From Candidatus Eiseniibacteriota bacterium (GTDB lineage Bacteria; Eisenbacteria; RBG-16-71-46): 64,000 bases of DNA. The notes under the pieces are model-generated. The model was not told the origin of the DNA and did no database searches. It saw nothing but the letters and a program-made list of their open reading frames with translations. The position numbers and the translations under genes were made by a program. This document shows positions 1-8,820 of the stretch, piece by piece. The stretch is taken from positions 1-64,000 of the forward strand of contig JBGAML010000022.1 of NCBI GenBank assembly GCA_044223005.1. Reading direction: 5' to 3'. Position 1 is the first letter of the stretch, and each line of letters begins with the position of its first letter.

Positions 1-2139
1 GCCGACTCGATCGTGGTCGCCGCTCCCGACCGGACGGCGCTGGGCATCACGGACACGAACTCGACGCACGTCCGCGTCGACCTCGTCTTTCGCATCCTCC
101 CCGGCGTCGGCAACTACCAGAACCTGGTGAACTCGCCGGCTCGCGTGTACCCGCCGAACGCTGCGATGGTGCTGCTGCAGCGTGCGGACAACCAGGGCCT
201 CGTCGTGAACACGGCGGACGTGAACGATCACTCGTTCTGGGCCGAGTACATGCGCGTGCCGGGCCCGTTCTCGAAAGGCACGCACCACGGCGGCACGTGG
301 TGGGATCCGCTGACCTGGAACTCGGCGCGCTGCGACACGGTGGAGACGAACTTCTTCCCGACCGCTCCGGCAGCGCCCGTCACCTCGACGTTCCCGGTGC
401 GTCCGGGCGCCTACCAGTCGACGTACCACGAGGAGGACCCGAAGTTCGTGCTCCTCGGCATTCCGCACGGCCGTTGCTTCGTGATCGACACGACGATCAA
501 CCTCACCAACAGCACGAACGTCGTGTGCGGCTCCGCGCCGGCATGGGTCACCACCGTTCCGCAGTCGCGGACCGGCTGGGACGGCGCGGTCACCACGAAG
601 GAAGGCACGAAGCTCCTGCCGGACGGCCTGCTGACGCCTGGCGCGCACGTGCAGTACTTCTTCCGCAAGTCGCAGATCTTCCAGTTCGACGGCTACGCGC
701 TGGATCCCGACACCGAGCAGATCCTCTACCAGGCCAGCGAGGACAACTGGGACCAGCATCGCTGGGAGCAGTTCGGCATCCTGCCCGATCGCTGGAAGGA
801 CACGCAGTTCGGTGGCTCCGGCATGGCCTGCATGCTGTACGCGGACTACAACGATCGTCGTGGTGACGAAGCCGTGTGGGTATCCGTCCTGGACTCCGTC
901 GGTGGCACTGCGCCGTGGAAATACGGCGCGCACAACGGCTGGCACGCGGCGGCCGGCGTGAATCTCGACGTGCACACCAATCCGGACCTCGCGACGCAGG
1001 CGTACGTCCACGGCCGCAATGCCCAGCCGGGCACGACGTGGGACAAGTACGACGTCCGCGCAACGGAGTCCGGCAGCACGGTCGGGACGCGCCTCGGTGG
1101 CCGGATCATCCTGCAGGGCGATGGACTGCTCCTGGGTCACGACGCCGCCGTCGCGCCGACACCGGCGATGCTGCGCCAGTTCTACCGCTGGATCACGCTG
1201 CTCTCGGGCGACCTCAACTCGGGCATCGTCGGACCGCGCCTGGACCTGGAGATGCCCGAGGACGACATCGCGATCCTGACCGACTTCCTCAGCACGAACG
1301 CCGGCCTCGCACCGAAGCCGCGCGGCATGTTCGTGGCGGGTCACGGGTTCGCGGAGTCCGAGGCCGCGGACCCGGCGCACGCGACGTGGATGGCGAGCTG
1401 GCTGGGCACCAACCTGGTCAACGCGTCGTACCGCGCGCTGTCCGGCAATACCGCCGGCACCTGCACCGACCTCTACTCGTCGGCGGTCATCACGCCCGCG
1501 GCCGACATCTACGGTGTCCAGCTGTCCTGCCGCTTCACGAACGACGTCCTTGCCGCCAACCCGTCGCTCCCGCTGACCGCGGCCGCGAGCTGGTACGAAG
1601 GCCCAACGCATACGACGTATGCAGCGTCGATCTACCATCCGGCGAACGGCTCGGACAACTGGATCTCGCTGGTGGACGGCTTCGACCTGTACAACCTGCG
1701 GAACCGGTTCTGCACGACGGACTACGGCCGCCTGGCGTACACGTACAAGGTCGCGACGAACGTGTTCGGCAGATTCTGCAACAACTGGGGCTGGGTCGCC
1801 TGTCCGTTCCCATTCGGGTGCGGGGACGTTCCCGGGCCGAGTCCCGCGGGCGCGATCACGGACTACATGCGCGTCGGCAACTCGCTCGTGCGCTCGGGCG
1901 ATGCGACCGTGCGCTTCGGCGTCGCCGCCGACGGCCGCGCGCGCGTGCGGCTCTACGACGTCTCGGGCCGGCTCGTGCGCACGCTCGCCGACCGCACGTT
2001 CGCGGGCGGCCAGGAGTATGCGCTGCGCTGGGACGGCCGCGACGACGGCGGGAACGCGGCGCCGCGCGGCGTCTACTTCGCCCGCATCGACTACGCCGAC
2101 GGCAAGGGGATCAACGGCCGCATCGTCCTGCTGCGGTAA
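1..2139 (+). CDS. Large exported protein with C-terminal FlgD-Ig/T9SS-type sorting domain (5'-truncated by window edge)
   Basis: Frame open from base 1; C-terminus RLYDVSGRLVRTL...WDGRDDGGNAAPRGVYFARI is the FlgD_ig/CTD pattern; Cys/Trp/Thr-rich body. Confidence 0.75.
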   Translation, partial: ADSIVVAAPDRTALGITDTNSTHVRVDLVFRILPGVGNYQNLVNSPARVYPPNAAMVLLQRADNQGLVVNTADVNDHSFWAEYMRVPGPFSKGTHHGGTWWDPLTWNSARCDTVETNFFPTAPAAPVTSTFPVRPGAYQSTYHEEDPKFVLLGIPHGRCFVIDTTINLTNSTNVVCGSAPAWVTTVPQSRTGWDGAVTTKEGTKLLPDGLLTPGAHVQYFFRKSQIFQFDGYALDPDTEQILYQASEDNWDQHRWEQFGILPDRWKDTQFGGSGMACMLYADYNDRRGDEAVWVSVLDSVGGTAPWKYGAHNGWHAAAGVNLDVHTNPDLATQAYVHGRNAQPGTTWDKYDVRATESGSTVGTRLGGRIILQGDGLLLGHDAAVAPTPAMLRQFYRWITLLSGDLNSGIVGPRLDLEMPEDDIAILTDFLSTNAGLAPKPRGMFVAGHGFAESEAADPAHATWMASWLGTNLVNASYRALSGNTAGTCTDLYSSAVITPAADIYGVQLSCRFTNDVLAANPSLPLTAAASWYEGPTHTTYAASIYHPANGSDNWISLVDGFDLYNLRNRFCTTDYGRLAYTYKVATNVFGRFCNNWGWVACPFPFGCGDVPGPSPAGAITDYMRVGNSLVRSGDATVRFGVAADGRARVRLYDVSGRLVRTLADRTFAGGQEYALRWDGRDDGGNAAPRGVYFARIDYADGKGINGRIVLLR

Positions 2140-2159
2140 CCTCCGGCCGGACGCACGTG

Positions 2160-2200
2160 GAGCGGGCGGGGGCGCGATCCCCGCCCGCTTCGCCGCTTTT
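2160..2200 (+). terminator. Intrinsic terminator
   Basis: Stem gagcgggcgggg / ccccgcccgctt just after the stop at 2139, followed by T-rich bases. Confidence 0.55.
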
Positions 2201-2220
2201 CGGGCGCGGATCGGCCCGGT

Positions 2221-2247
2221 GCAGGCCGACCCGCGACGTGCCGATAA
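2221..2247 (+). promoter_or_regulatory. sigma28-like promoter (weaker -35)
   Basis: GCAGG-N14-GCCGATAA; the -10 is a perfect FliA consensus and the spacing equals that of three other copies in the window. Confidence 0.45.
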
Positions 2248-2347
2248 CCCCGCGAACCCCGGCCCCCGCGGTCCGCGCATTCGGCCGCCCGGGGACACCG
2301 CGGCGCCGGGCGCCGTGGCGCTCTGGTCGCGAACGGAGGTCTTCGTC

Positions 2348-2998
2348 ATGTCGAACTCGCGCGGTCCCATTTTCAATCCGTGGTGGGGCCTGCTGCTGCT
2401 CGTGCCCGCCGCGCTCTTCGCCGGCAAGCTGATCGGCGGCATGCCCGCCCCGGCGCCGACGGCGCAGGACGCCTCGGTGCAGGCCACGCCCAACTTCGAG
2501 GGCATCCGCCCGCACGTGGAAGGCGCAGCGCCGTCCGCAGGCGGCGTCGAGGGCGGCCCGGTCAGCGCCCCCGGGCTCTCGGCGAGCAGCGACGTCGCGC
2601 CGCCCGAGGGCGAATCGGGCGGCTCGGGTGGCGTGCGCTGGATGCGGCTGAGCGAAGCGATGGACGAGTCGCGCCGCACGGGCAAGCCGATCCTGTTCGA
2701 CTTCAACGCCGACTGGTGCCCGCCGTGCCAGCGCCTCAAGCACGAGGCGTTCGAGGACCCGGCGATCGCGCGCACGATCGAAGCCTGCGTCTCGCCGGTG
2801 TCGATCGTGGACCGCAAACGCGAGCAGGGCCAGAACCCGGCCGCAATCCAGGAACTGCAGGATCGCTTCAAGATCGAGGCGTTCCCCACGCTGATCGTGA
2901 TCAACCCGCAGACGGGCAAGGCCGTGCGCGTCGAAGGCTACGGCGGCGCGGACCAGGCGCAGGCGTGGATCCAGCAGGCGGCGGCCGCGGTGAAGTGA
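2348..2998 (+). CDS. Membrane-anchored thioredoxin-family protein (WCPPC)
   Basis: GGAGG RBS before ATG 2348; N-terminal TM segment; GKPILFDFNADWCPPC and cis-Pro motif AFPT. Confidence 0.85.
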   Translation: MSNSRGPIFNPWWGLLLLVPAALFAGKLIGGMPAPAPTAQDASVQATPNFEGIRPHVEGAAPSAGGVEGGPVSAPGLSASSDVAPPEGESGGSGGVRWMRLSEAMDESRRTGKPILFDFNADWCPPCQRLKHEAFEDPAIARTIEACVSPVSIVDRKREQGQNPAAIQELQDRFKIEAFPTLIVINPQTGKAVRVEGYGGADQAQAWIQQAAAAVK

Positions 2999-3010
2999 CC
3001 GCCCCATGCG

Positions 3011-3055
3011 AACGCGAACGCGGCCGGGCGCGAGGCGCCCGGCCGCGTTCGCGTT
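3011..3055. terminator. Bidirectional terminator hairpin (perfect 21-bp stem)
   Basis: aacgcgaacgcggccgggcgc-gag-gcgcccggccgcgttcgcgtt between convergent genes. Confidence 0.75.
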
Positions 3056-3070
3056 TCGACGCGGAGCGCC

Positions 3071-3352
3071 TCAGTTCCCGGCGAGCGAGATCACCTCGCG
3101 CGTCATCGCGTCGGCGGTCTCGAATACGCGCACGTTCGCGCTGAACGCGCGCTGCGCGAGCATCATGTCGAGCACGGCGCCCGTGAAGTCGAGTGCGTCG
3201 ACGCCTGCGGCGGGCCCGGGATCCGTGGCGGGATCGGCCGTGGGCTCGTCGAGCCCCGAAGCCGCGATCACGCGCGCGGCGCGATCGAGCCGCTCGAGCG
3301 AGAAGCGGATGCCCTGCAGGGCGGAGGACGTCGCGGAGGGCAGGACGGTCAT
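3071..3352 (-). CDS. Small flagellar basal-body rod/hook N+C terminal motif protein (93 aa)
   Basis: N-term SALQGI...LDRAARVIA and C-term LDFTGAVLDMMLAQRAFSANVRVFETADAM match Flg_bb_rod/Flg_bbr_C patterns; GGGAG RBS. Confidence 0.7.
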   Translation of the reverse strand: MTVLPSATSSALQGIRFSLERLDRAARVIAASGLDEPTADPATDPGPAAGVDALDFTGAVLDMMLAQRAFSANVRVFETADAMTREVISLAGN

Positions 3353-3419
3353 GAATCGCTCCCGGATCGGGACGCGGCGGGTCATGTGGCCGTCCATGGA
3401 CCGGGTGCCGCGCCTTCGA

Positions 3420-3446
3420 GTCTCGGAAACGCGGGAGCCGACTTGA
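3420..3446 (-). promoter_or_regulatory. sigma28-like promoter
   Basis: Minus strand TCAAG-N14-TCCGAGAC about 70 nt upstream of the rod-motif gene. Confidence 0.65.
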
Positions 3447-3557
3447 GGGCCCGTGCGCCGAGATCTCGGGCGGGCGGCGGAACGGCGGCGCCGGCGCTTG
3501 CGTCCTCGCCGCGCAGGAAGCCCGGCGGGCGTGCGGGACCGGGCGAAATCCCCCGGA

Positions 3558-4214
3558 TCAGTCCAGCGCGAGCGGTGCGGGCGCGGAGCGGGAGATCTCC
3601 ACCCCATCCTTGCGCGCGATCACCTGCCAGAACTGCTCGGGGGCCAGCGTCAGCCCGGCGGGCAGGGCGTCGCGTCGCAGGACGAAATGCGTGCCGTTCA
3701 CGTTCGGGATGCGGGCGATCTCGCGCAGGTCGGTCGCGAGGAAGAGCACGTCGTAGGACTCGGCGCCGGGGCGGGCGGGCCATTCGAGCGTCCAGCCTTC
3801 GGGAATCGCCCGCGGCAGCGAGAGCGTGAACGTCAGGTCGGGCTCGCCGCGCAGCGTGCTGACGCCCGGCGAGCGCGTCGTCATCCAGACGCCTCCCGCG
3901 ACCACGGCGAGCACCGCGAGCGCGAACACGGGGCGCCACGCGGGTGCGAGCCAGGCGAACGGGCCGCGGCGCGACGCGCGCGCCGGGGCGGGCTGCGGTG
4001 CCACGAGATCGTCGATGAACGCGTCGAGCCGCGCGCCGGCCTCGGCCGCGTGCGCTTCGGCGGGCAGCACTTCGGGGCGCGTGAACTCGGCGAGCGCCGA
4101 ACGGCGCGCGCGGCAGCGCGGGCACCGCGCGACGTGCCGGAGTTCCGGCGCGTCGGCGGGAAGCGAGTCGAGCGCCGCCAGCTGCTCGATGGGGATGCAG
4201 TCCGTTCGGTCCAC
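3558..4214 (-). CDS. Transmembrane zinc-binding (ZAS-type) anti-sigma factor
   Basis: GTG start after GGGAGG; HVARCPRC = HxxxCxxC; one TM helix (PVFALAVLAVVAGGVW); extracytoplasmic beta-rich domain; immediately downstream of ECF sigma. Confidence 0.75.
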   Translation of the reverse strand: MDRTDCIPIEQLAALDSLPADAPELRHVARCPRCRARRSALAEFTRPEVLPAEAHAAEAGARLDAFIDDLVAPQPAPARASRRGPFAWLAPAWRPVFALAVLAVVAGGVWMTTRSPGVSTLRGEPDLTFTLSLPRAIPEGWTLEWPARPGAESYDVLFLATDLREIARIPNVNGTHFVLRRDALPAGLTLAPEQFWQVIARKDGVEISRSAPAPLALD

Positions 4215-4228
4215 GCTGCGCCCTCCCG

Positions 4229-4789
4229 TCACCCGTCCAGCGCCGCGCGCAGCTTGCGGCGCGCGGTCTGCAGCATGCCTCGTGCGCCCGAGATGCCGGG
4301 CACGCCGAGGACACGCGTGATGTCTTCGATGCTCATCTCCTCGTAGGCCCGCAACCAGAGCGCCGTCTGTTCTTCCGGAGAGAGCACGTCGCGCATCGCG
4401 GCGAGCACGCGCTCCTCGTCGAACTTCCGCTCGGTTCGTTCCTCCGGCGTCTCCGCATCGTCGGAGACGCGTTCGGCTTCTTCCCACTCCACGCGCACCG
4501 GACGGCTCCGCCGCAGTTCGGACAGGCAGCGATTCCGCACGATCGCGAACATCCACGACGACACGCGCGCGCGAGGTTCGAAGCCCGGCAGCGCGCGATG
4601 GATGAGCACCAGGCAGTCCTGCGCGAGGTCCTCGGCCAGCTCGCGATCGCGCACCATCCGCCAGCACCAGGCGTAGATGGACGCGCGCCAGCGCTTCAGC
4701 AACTCCGACGCCGCCTTCCGGGCCATGTCCGACCCGGCGGCCGACTGGATCCGTTGGACGAGTTCTTCGTCGCTGCGGAGGTCGGTCAT
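4229..4789 (-). CDS. ECF RNA polymerase sigma factor
   Basis: Region 2 (AEDLAQD, SSWMFAIVRNRCLSELRR) and region 4 (LSPEEQTALWLR..EEMSIEDI...ARRKLR). Confidence 0.92.
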   Translation of the reverse strand: MTDLRSDEELVQRIQSAAGSDMARKAASELLKRWRASIYAWCWRMVRDRELAEDLAQDCLVLIHRALPGFEPRARVSSWMFAIVRNRCLSELRRSRPVRVEWEEAERVSDDAETPEERTERKFDEERVLAAMRDVLSPEEQTALWLRAYEEMSIEDITRVLGVPGISGARGMLQTARRKLRAALDG

Positions 4790-4793
4790 CGAA

Positions 4794-4822
4794 TTGAACG
4801 CGCGGGGCCGGCCGGAATCACA
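4794..4822 (-). promoter_or_regulatory. Putative autoregulatory ECF promoter, leaderless
   Basis: TGTGAT-N16-CGTTCAA ending 4 nt before the sigma ATG; no RBS; near-identical copy at 14866-14894. Confidence 0.65.
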
Positions 4823-4890
4823 TCGGGGAGCATGATGCCGCTCATGTTACCGCATGCCCGGGTGCGGTTTCCCCCGCCGGGGCGGCTAAG

Positions 4891-7578
4891 TCACGGCAGG
4901 ATCGGCAGGATGGCCGGGCCCCGCGGGCGAACCGTCACCCGGGCCTCGGGATCGCCCCAGAGGACGAAGGCCGCCCAGGCGGCCGGACTGCGGGTCCCGG
5001 GATCGGCCGCGAGTTCGCGCCGGGCCGCGCTCAGGGCGGCCGCGACCGTCTGGCCGCGCTCCAGCTGGCGGTAGAACGCGCGCGAGAACGCGGCGGCGCC
5101 CCGGTCGTCGACCGGCCAGATCGAGGACACGACCGCCGGCGCCCCGGCGGCGAGGAACGCCGTCGACAGCCCGGAAGCGCCCTCGTTGCCGAACTTGCCG
5201 TAGGCGGTGCCGCTGCACGAGGTGAGCACCACGAGCTTCGCCGCCAGCGGCTGCCCGGCCAGGTCGCGGGCGGTGAGCTGGGCCTCGTCGCTGTCGCCCT
5301 TCCCCAGCAGCAGCGCCGAGCTCCAGGGATCCTCGCGCGGCACGTCGGCATGAGCGGCGACGTGCAGCACGTCCCCGCGCGCGAGCCACGGCGTCACCTG
5401 GCCGAGCGGCCGGTCGCCGCCGTGCACGATCCCGCGCGCGCCGAAGCGGGCCGCGAGCCAGCGCGTCTCCTCCCGCACGCCGGGCAGTTCGCGCCCGGCG
5501 GGGCCGGTGGAGCGCGCGACCTGCACGACGCGCGCATCGCGCACCTGCACCGAACCGCGCGCGCGCCGATGCGCGAGCCAATTGGCCGAGGGCAGGTAGG
5601 CGGTCTCGTGATCGTTCGCGCCCGCGGCCCGGAAGAGCAGGCCGAAGGGCACGATCCCGACCATCGAGCTCGGCACCACGAGTACGCGACGCGACGCGCA
5701 CAGCCGCTCGTACGCCGGTCCCGCGAGCGTGCGGCCGATGGCCTCCGTCACCGCACGATCCGGTCCGGAGTCGCTCGTGCGGACGAGCGCCTGCAGGCGT
5801 TCGAGCCGCTCGAGCAACGGACCATCGGCGTCGATCCAGTGTGCGATGACGCCGCTCCGGTCCACGACGAACGCCAGCGTCGTGTCGTTGCGCGAGCTGT
5901 AGAAATCGATCAGCGCTTCGCCGGGCCGCAGCACGCGCCCGCGCAGCTCCGCGGACGTGACGAACGTGGCGCTGGAACCCGCCGACCCCGAATCGCGCGC
6001 CGAGAGCCGGAACTGCAACGCCCGCGCCTTGAAGCGCTGCAGTGCGTCGAACGCGTCGGCGGCGCGCGAGGACTCGGTGCCGCCGCGGCGTGGATCGAGC
6101 AGGATTCGCGCGGTCTCGACCGAGAGCGAGCCCGAGCCGTTGCCGATCACCTCGAGCCAGTCGGCGCTGCGCGTGGCGGCGCGGGCGCGTTCCCACGCGC
6201 GCGCGCCTTCGCGGGCGGCGAGCGCCGCACCGTCGAGGTCTCCCAGCTGGCGGCGGGCACGCGCCCGTTCGACCTCGGCCGTGACCCGCGCGGGATCGCG
6301 CAGCCCGGGACGGCCGATCGAGGTCTCGAACGCGGCGAGCGCCGCCAGCGCCTCGGCCGGATGCCCGCAGCTGTTCTCGGCGCGCGCGCGCACGATGCGC
6401 ATCGCGTCGACGATCGCGCCGCTCTCGGGCAGCCGGTAGCGAGCCGGCGCCTCGCGCAGCATCGTCCGGCATTCCTCGGCGCGCCGGGTCTCCAGGAGCA
6501 CGAGGCCGAGCTGGTTCAGAGCGTTCGCCACCTCGTCGGCGGCGAGCGAGTCGGCGCGCGCCAGCTGCGCCCGCAGGATCTGCTCGGCTTCCGCGTAGCG
6601 GTATTGCGCGCGGCGCGCCACCGCGAGCTGCGTCCGCAGCTCGTCGCGGGCCTCGGCGTCACCGGGCGAAGCGGGGCGTGCGAGCTCGGTCTCGAGCAGC
6701 GACACCGCCTCCTCCGTGCGGCCCTGGTTCACGAGCAGGATGGCGAGGTTGCCGAGCTGCCTCAGGACCGGCCGGCCGGCGCGCCGGTTGAGCGCGAGCG
6801 AGTAGCTCCAGAACGCCGCGGCGTGCGCGGGATCGCCGTGCTCGGACTCGATCACGCCGAGGTTGTTCCACGCGTCGGCCTCGTCGTAGAGATCGCCGAG
6901 CGCGTGGGCGCGAGCGATCACCTCGCGATAGGCCGCCTTCGCGCCCGCGAGGTCGTCGAGCACGTAGAGGGCACGCGCCAGCCCGACGCGCGCCGAGAAC
7001 TCGCTCGCTCGCTCGGGCGAACGCTGGAGCAGCGCGACGGCAGCGCGGTAGCCGGTGGCCGCGGCGCGCGAGCGGCCGGCCTGGAGGTCGAGGTACGCGA
7101 GCCCGAGGCGCGCGTTGCCCTCGAGCCCGGGCTGGCGCAGGGCGCGTGCGAGCGGCAACAGCTGGCGGTAGACCGGCGCGGCGTCCGCGAACCGCGAGCG
7201 GAACGCGTGCGCCCGGCCGATCACGAGCAGCGCGCGCGCCCACGTGAGCGTGTCGCCCATCGCGCGCGCCGCGGAGATCGCGGTCTGCGCGTCGCGCACG
7301 GCGTCGTCGTAGCGGCGGAAGAAGACCCACGCGCTCGCGCGCCGGACCGTGGCCGCGTTTTCGAGCGCGCGATCGCCGTTCGCGTGCGCCGCCGCCACGA
7401 GCGAATCGAGCCGGGCGTTCGCCCGCGCGACCTGGCCACGCGCGTACAGCGTGTCGACCCCGGCGAGCGACGCCTCGATCGCCGCGCGACCGGTCGCGGC
7501 GGAGGCAGGCGGTGCGGAGCCCACGACGGCGATCGCGAGCAGGGCGAGACACCCGATGAAGACGGATCGGTGGGACAT
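4891..7578 (-). CDS. Signal-peptide TPR-repeat CHAT (caspase-like clan CD) protease
   Basis: Sec signal MSHRSVFIGCLALLAIAVVGSAPPASA; TPR-like helices (AWNNLGVI, ALNQLGLV); CHAT motifs LPGVREE, LHVAAHA (His), LVVLTSCSG (Cys), GLSTAFLAAGA, SIWPVDD, PAAWAAFVLWG. Confidence 0.9.
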   Translation of the reverse strand: MSHRSVFIGCLALLAIAVVGSAPPASAATGRAAIEASLAGVDTLYARGQVARANARLDSLVAAAHANGDRALENAATVRRASAWVFFRRYDDAVRDAQTAISAARAMGDTLTWARALLVIGRAHAFRSRFADAAPVYRQLLPLARALRQPGLEGNARLGLAYLDLQAGRSRAAATGYRAAVALLQRSPERASEFSARVGLARALYVLDDLAGAKAAYREVIARAHALGDLYDEADAWNNLGVIESEHGDPAHAAAFWSYSLALNRRAGRPVLRQLGNLAILLVNQGRTEEAVSLLETELARPASPGDAEARDELRTQLAVARRAQYRYAEAEQILRAQLARADSLAADEVANALNQLGLVLLETRRAEECRTMLREAPARYRLPESGAIVDAMRIVRARAENSCGHPAEALAALAAFETSIGRPGLRDPARVTAEVERARARRQLGDLDGAALAAREGARAWERARAATRSADWLEVIGNGSGSLSVETARILLDPRRGGTESSRAADAFDALQRFKARALQFRLSARDSGSAGSSATFVTSAELRGRVLRPGEALIDFYSSRNDTTLAFVVDRSGVIAHWIDADGPLLERLERLQALVRTSDSGPDRAVTEAIGRTLAGPAYERLCASRRVLVVPSSMVGIVPFGLLFRAAGANDHETAYLPSANWLAHRRARGSVQVRDARVVQVARSTGPAGRELPGVREETRWLAARFGARGIVHGGDRPLGQVTPWLARGDVLHVAAHADVPREDPWSSALLLGKGDSDEAQLTARDLAGQPLAAKLVVLTSCSGTAYGKFGNEGASGLSTAFLAAGAPAVVSSIWPVDDRGAAAFSRAFYRQLERGQTVAAALSAARRELAADPGTRSPAAWAAFVLWGDPEARVTVRPRGPAILPILP

Positions 7579-7894
7579 GGGGACTCGAACGGGGGGGGGA
7601 CGCGTCGGCGTGGGTCCCGGGCGAGGGGTTGACCCACCGGAATCCGATGGAAACTAGCGGCTGCCCGGCCCCTCGGCCAGTCGGGACGAACCGGGGCACC
7701 CGACCTTCGTCCGCCGGAGCCGAGAATGGGTCACACCCGGGGCTTTCGCGAGTAGTTCCCCCATCGGATGCGCGGCCGAGGGGCCTCCTCGCGGCCGACC
7801 CACTCGCGACCGGCCGGGCCCGCAGGCCCTCCCTGGTCGTCGCTGCCGGCCGGGCGCTGCGCGTGCCCACGCCGGCGTGCTCCCGGAGGACACG

Positions 7895-8764
7895 ATGCGA
7901 CTGGTTCCGCTGGTTCGGTTCGGCTCCCGGCGCCGCGGCGCCATCGGCGGCGCCCTCGCGCTCGCCCTCGTGGTCCTGATCGGCATCACGGCCGGCGACG
8001 TGCATCGTCGCCGCGCGACCGGCCCGATCGAATGCGTCTCGACCCAGGTCGCGGAGGCGGCGTCGCTGCCCGGCGGCCCGGACCGCATGGGCATGGTGGA
8101 CTGGTTCGCCACGCACCCCGAGAACCGCCCCGCGGTGCGCGCGAGCGCGAACGCCGCGGTCACGGATTCCTTCCTCGTCCAGGGATTCACGTTCGTGCAC
8201 GCCACCACCGGCCTGCAGGACACGGCGTTCGTGTTCGAGGGCGACGGCGTGAAGTGGAACTGGGTCGTGGGTTCGCACACGATCACCGACGGCACCGGCG
8301 GGCTCGACCCGAATGCGGGGTTGATGTTCGACGCGGCCAGCTCGACGTTCGCGCGCTCGTTCACGTTCTTCTTCCCCACCGCCGGCGTGTATCCCTTCTT
8401 CTGCCGCATCCACGAGACCTTCGGCATGAAGGGCGTCGTGGTGGTGAAGCCCCATCCCGCCGGCGTCGCGCCCGGCGCCGCCGGCGGCGAGGGCTTCGCG
8501 CGACCGCCATTCCCGAACCCGGCGCGGGGCTCGTCCAGCTTCCGGCTCGCGATGGCGCGCCCGGGCCGGGTCGCGCTGACGATTCTCGACGCGCAGGGCC
8601 GTCGCGTGGCGACCGTGCTCGACGGCGACCACGCCGCCGGCACGTTCGACGCCACGTGGAACGGGCTCACCGCTGCCGGCCGCACCGCCGCGCCCGGGCG
8701 TTACCTCGCCCGGCTCGAGATGCCCGGCCTGATGCAGACGCGCGCGCTCACCCTGATTCGCTGA
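7895..8764 (+). CDS. Exported cupredoxin (type-1 blue copper) protein with FlgD-Ig C-terminal domain
   Basis: GGAGG RBS; hydrophobic leader; SHTIT (His) and YPFFCRIHETFGMKG (Cys-x2-His-x4-Met); C-term PFPNP...DAQGRRVATV...WNG...GRYLARL. Confidence 0.8.
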   Translation: MRLVPLVRFGSRRRGAIGGALALALVVLIGITAGDVHRRRATGPIECVSTQVAEAASLPGGPDRMGMVDWFATHPENRPAVRASANAAVTDSFLVQGFTFVHATTGLQDTAFVFEGDGVKWNWVVGSHTITDGTGGLDPNAGLMFDAASSTFARSFTFFFPTAGVYPFFCRIHETFGMKGVVVVKPHPAGVAPGAAGGEGFARPPFPNPARGSSSFRLAMARPGRVALTILDAQGRRVATVLDGDHAAGTFDATWNGLTAAGRTAAPGRYLARLEMPGLMQTRALTLIR

Positions 8765-8820
8765 CCCCCTCACTCACCCGATCGCGCGGGACGGCCGGAT
8801 GCCGTCCCGCCGGAGGATCC

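Noticed and set aside
4891..7578. Type III-E CRISPR (Craspase) locus
   Set aside because: No Cas7-11, csx30/31 or array in the window, and the protease has an export signal
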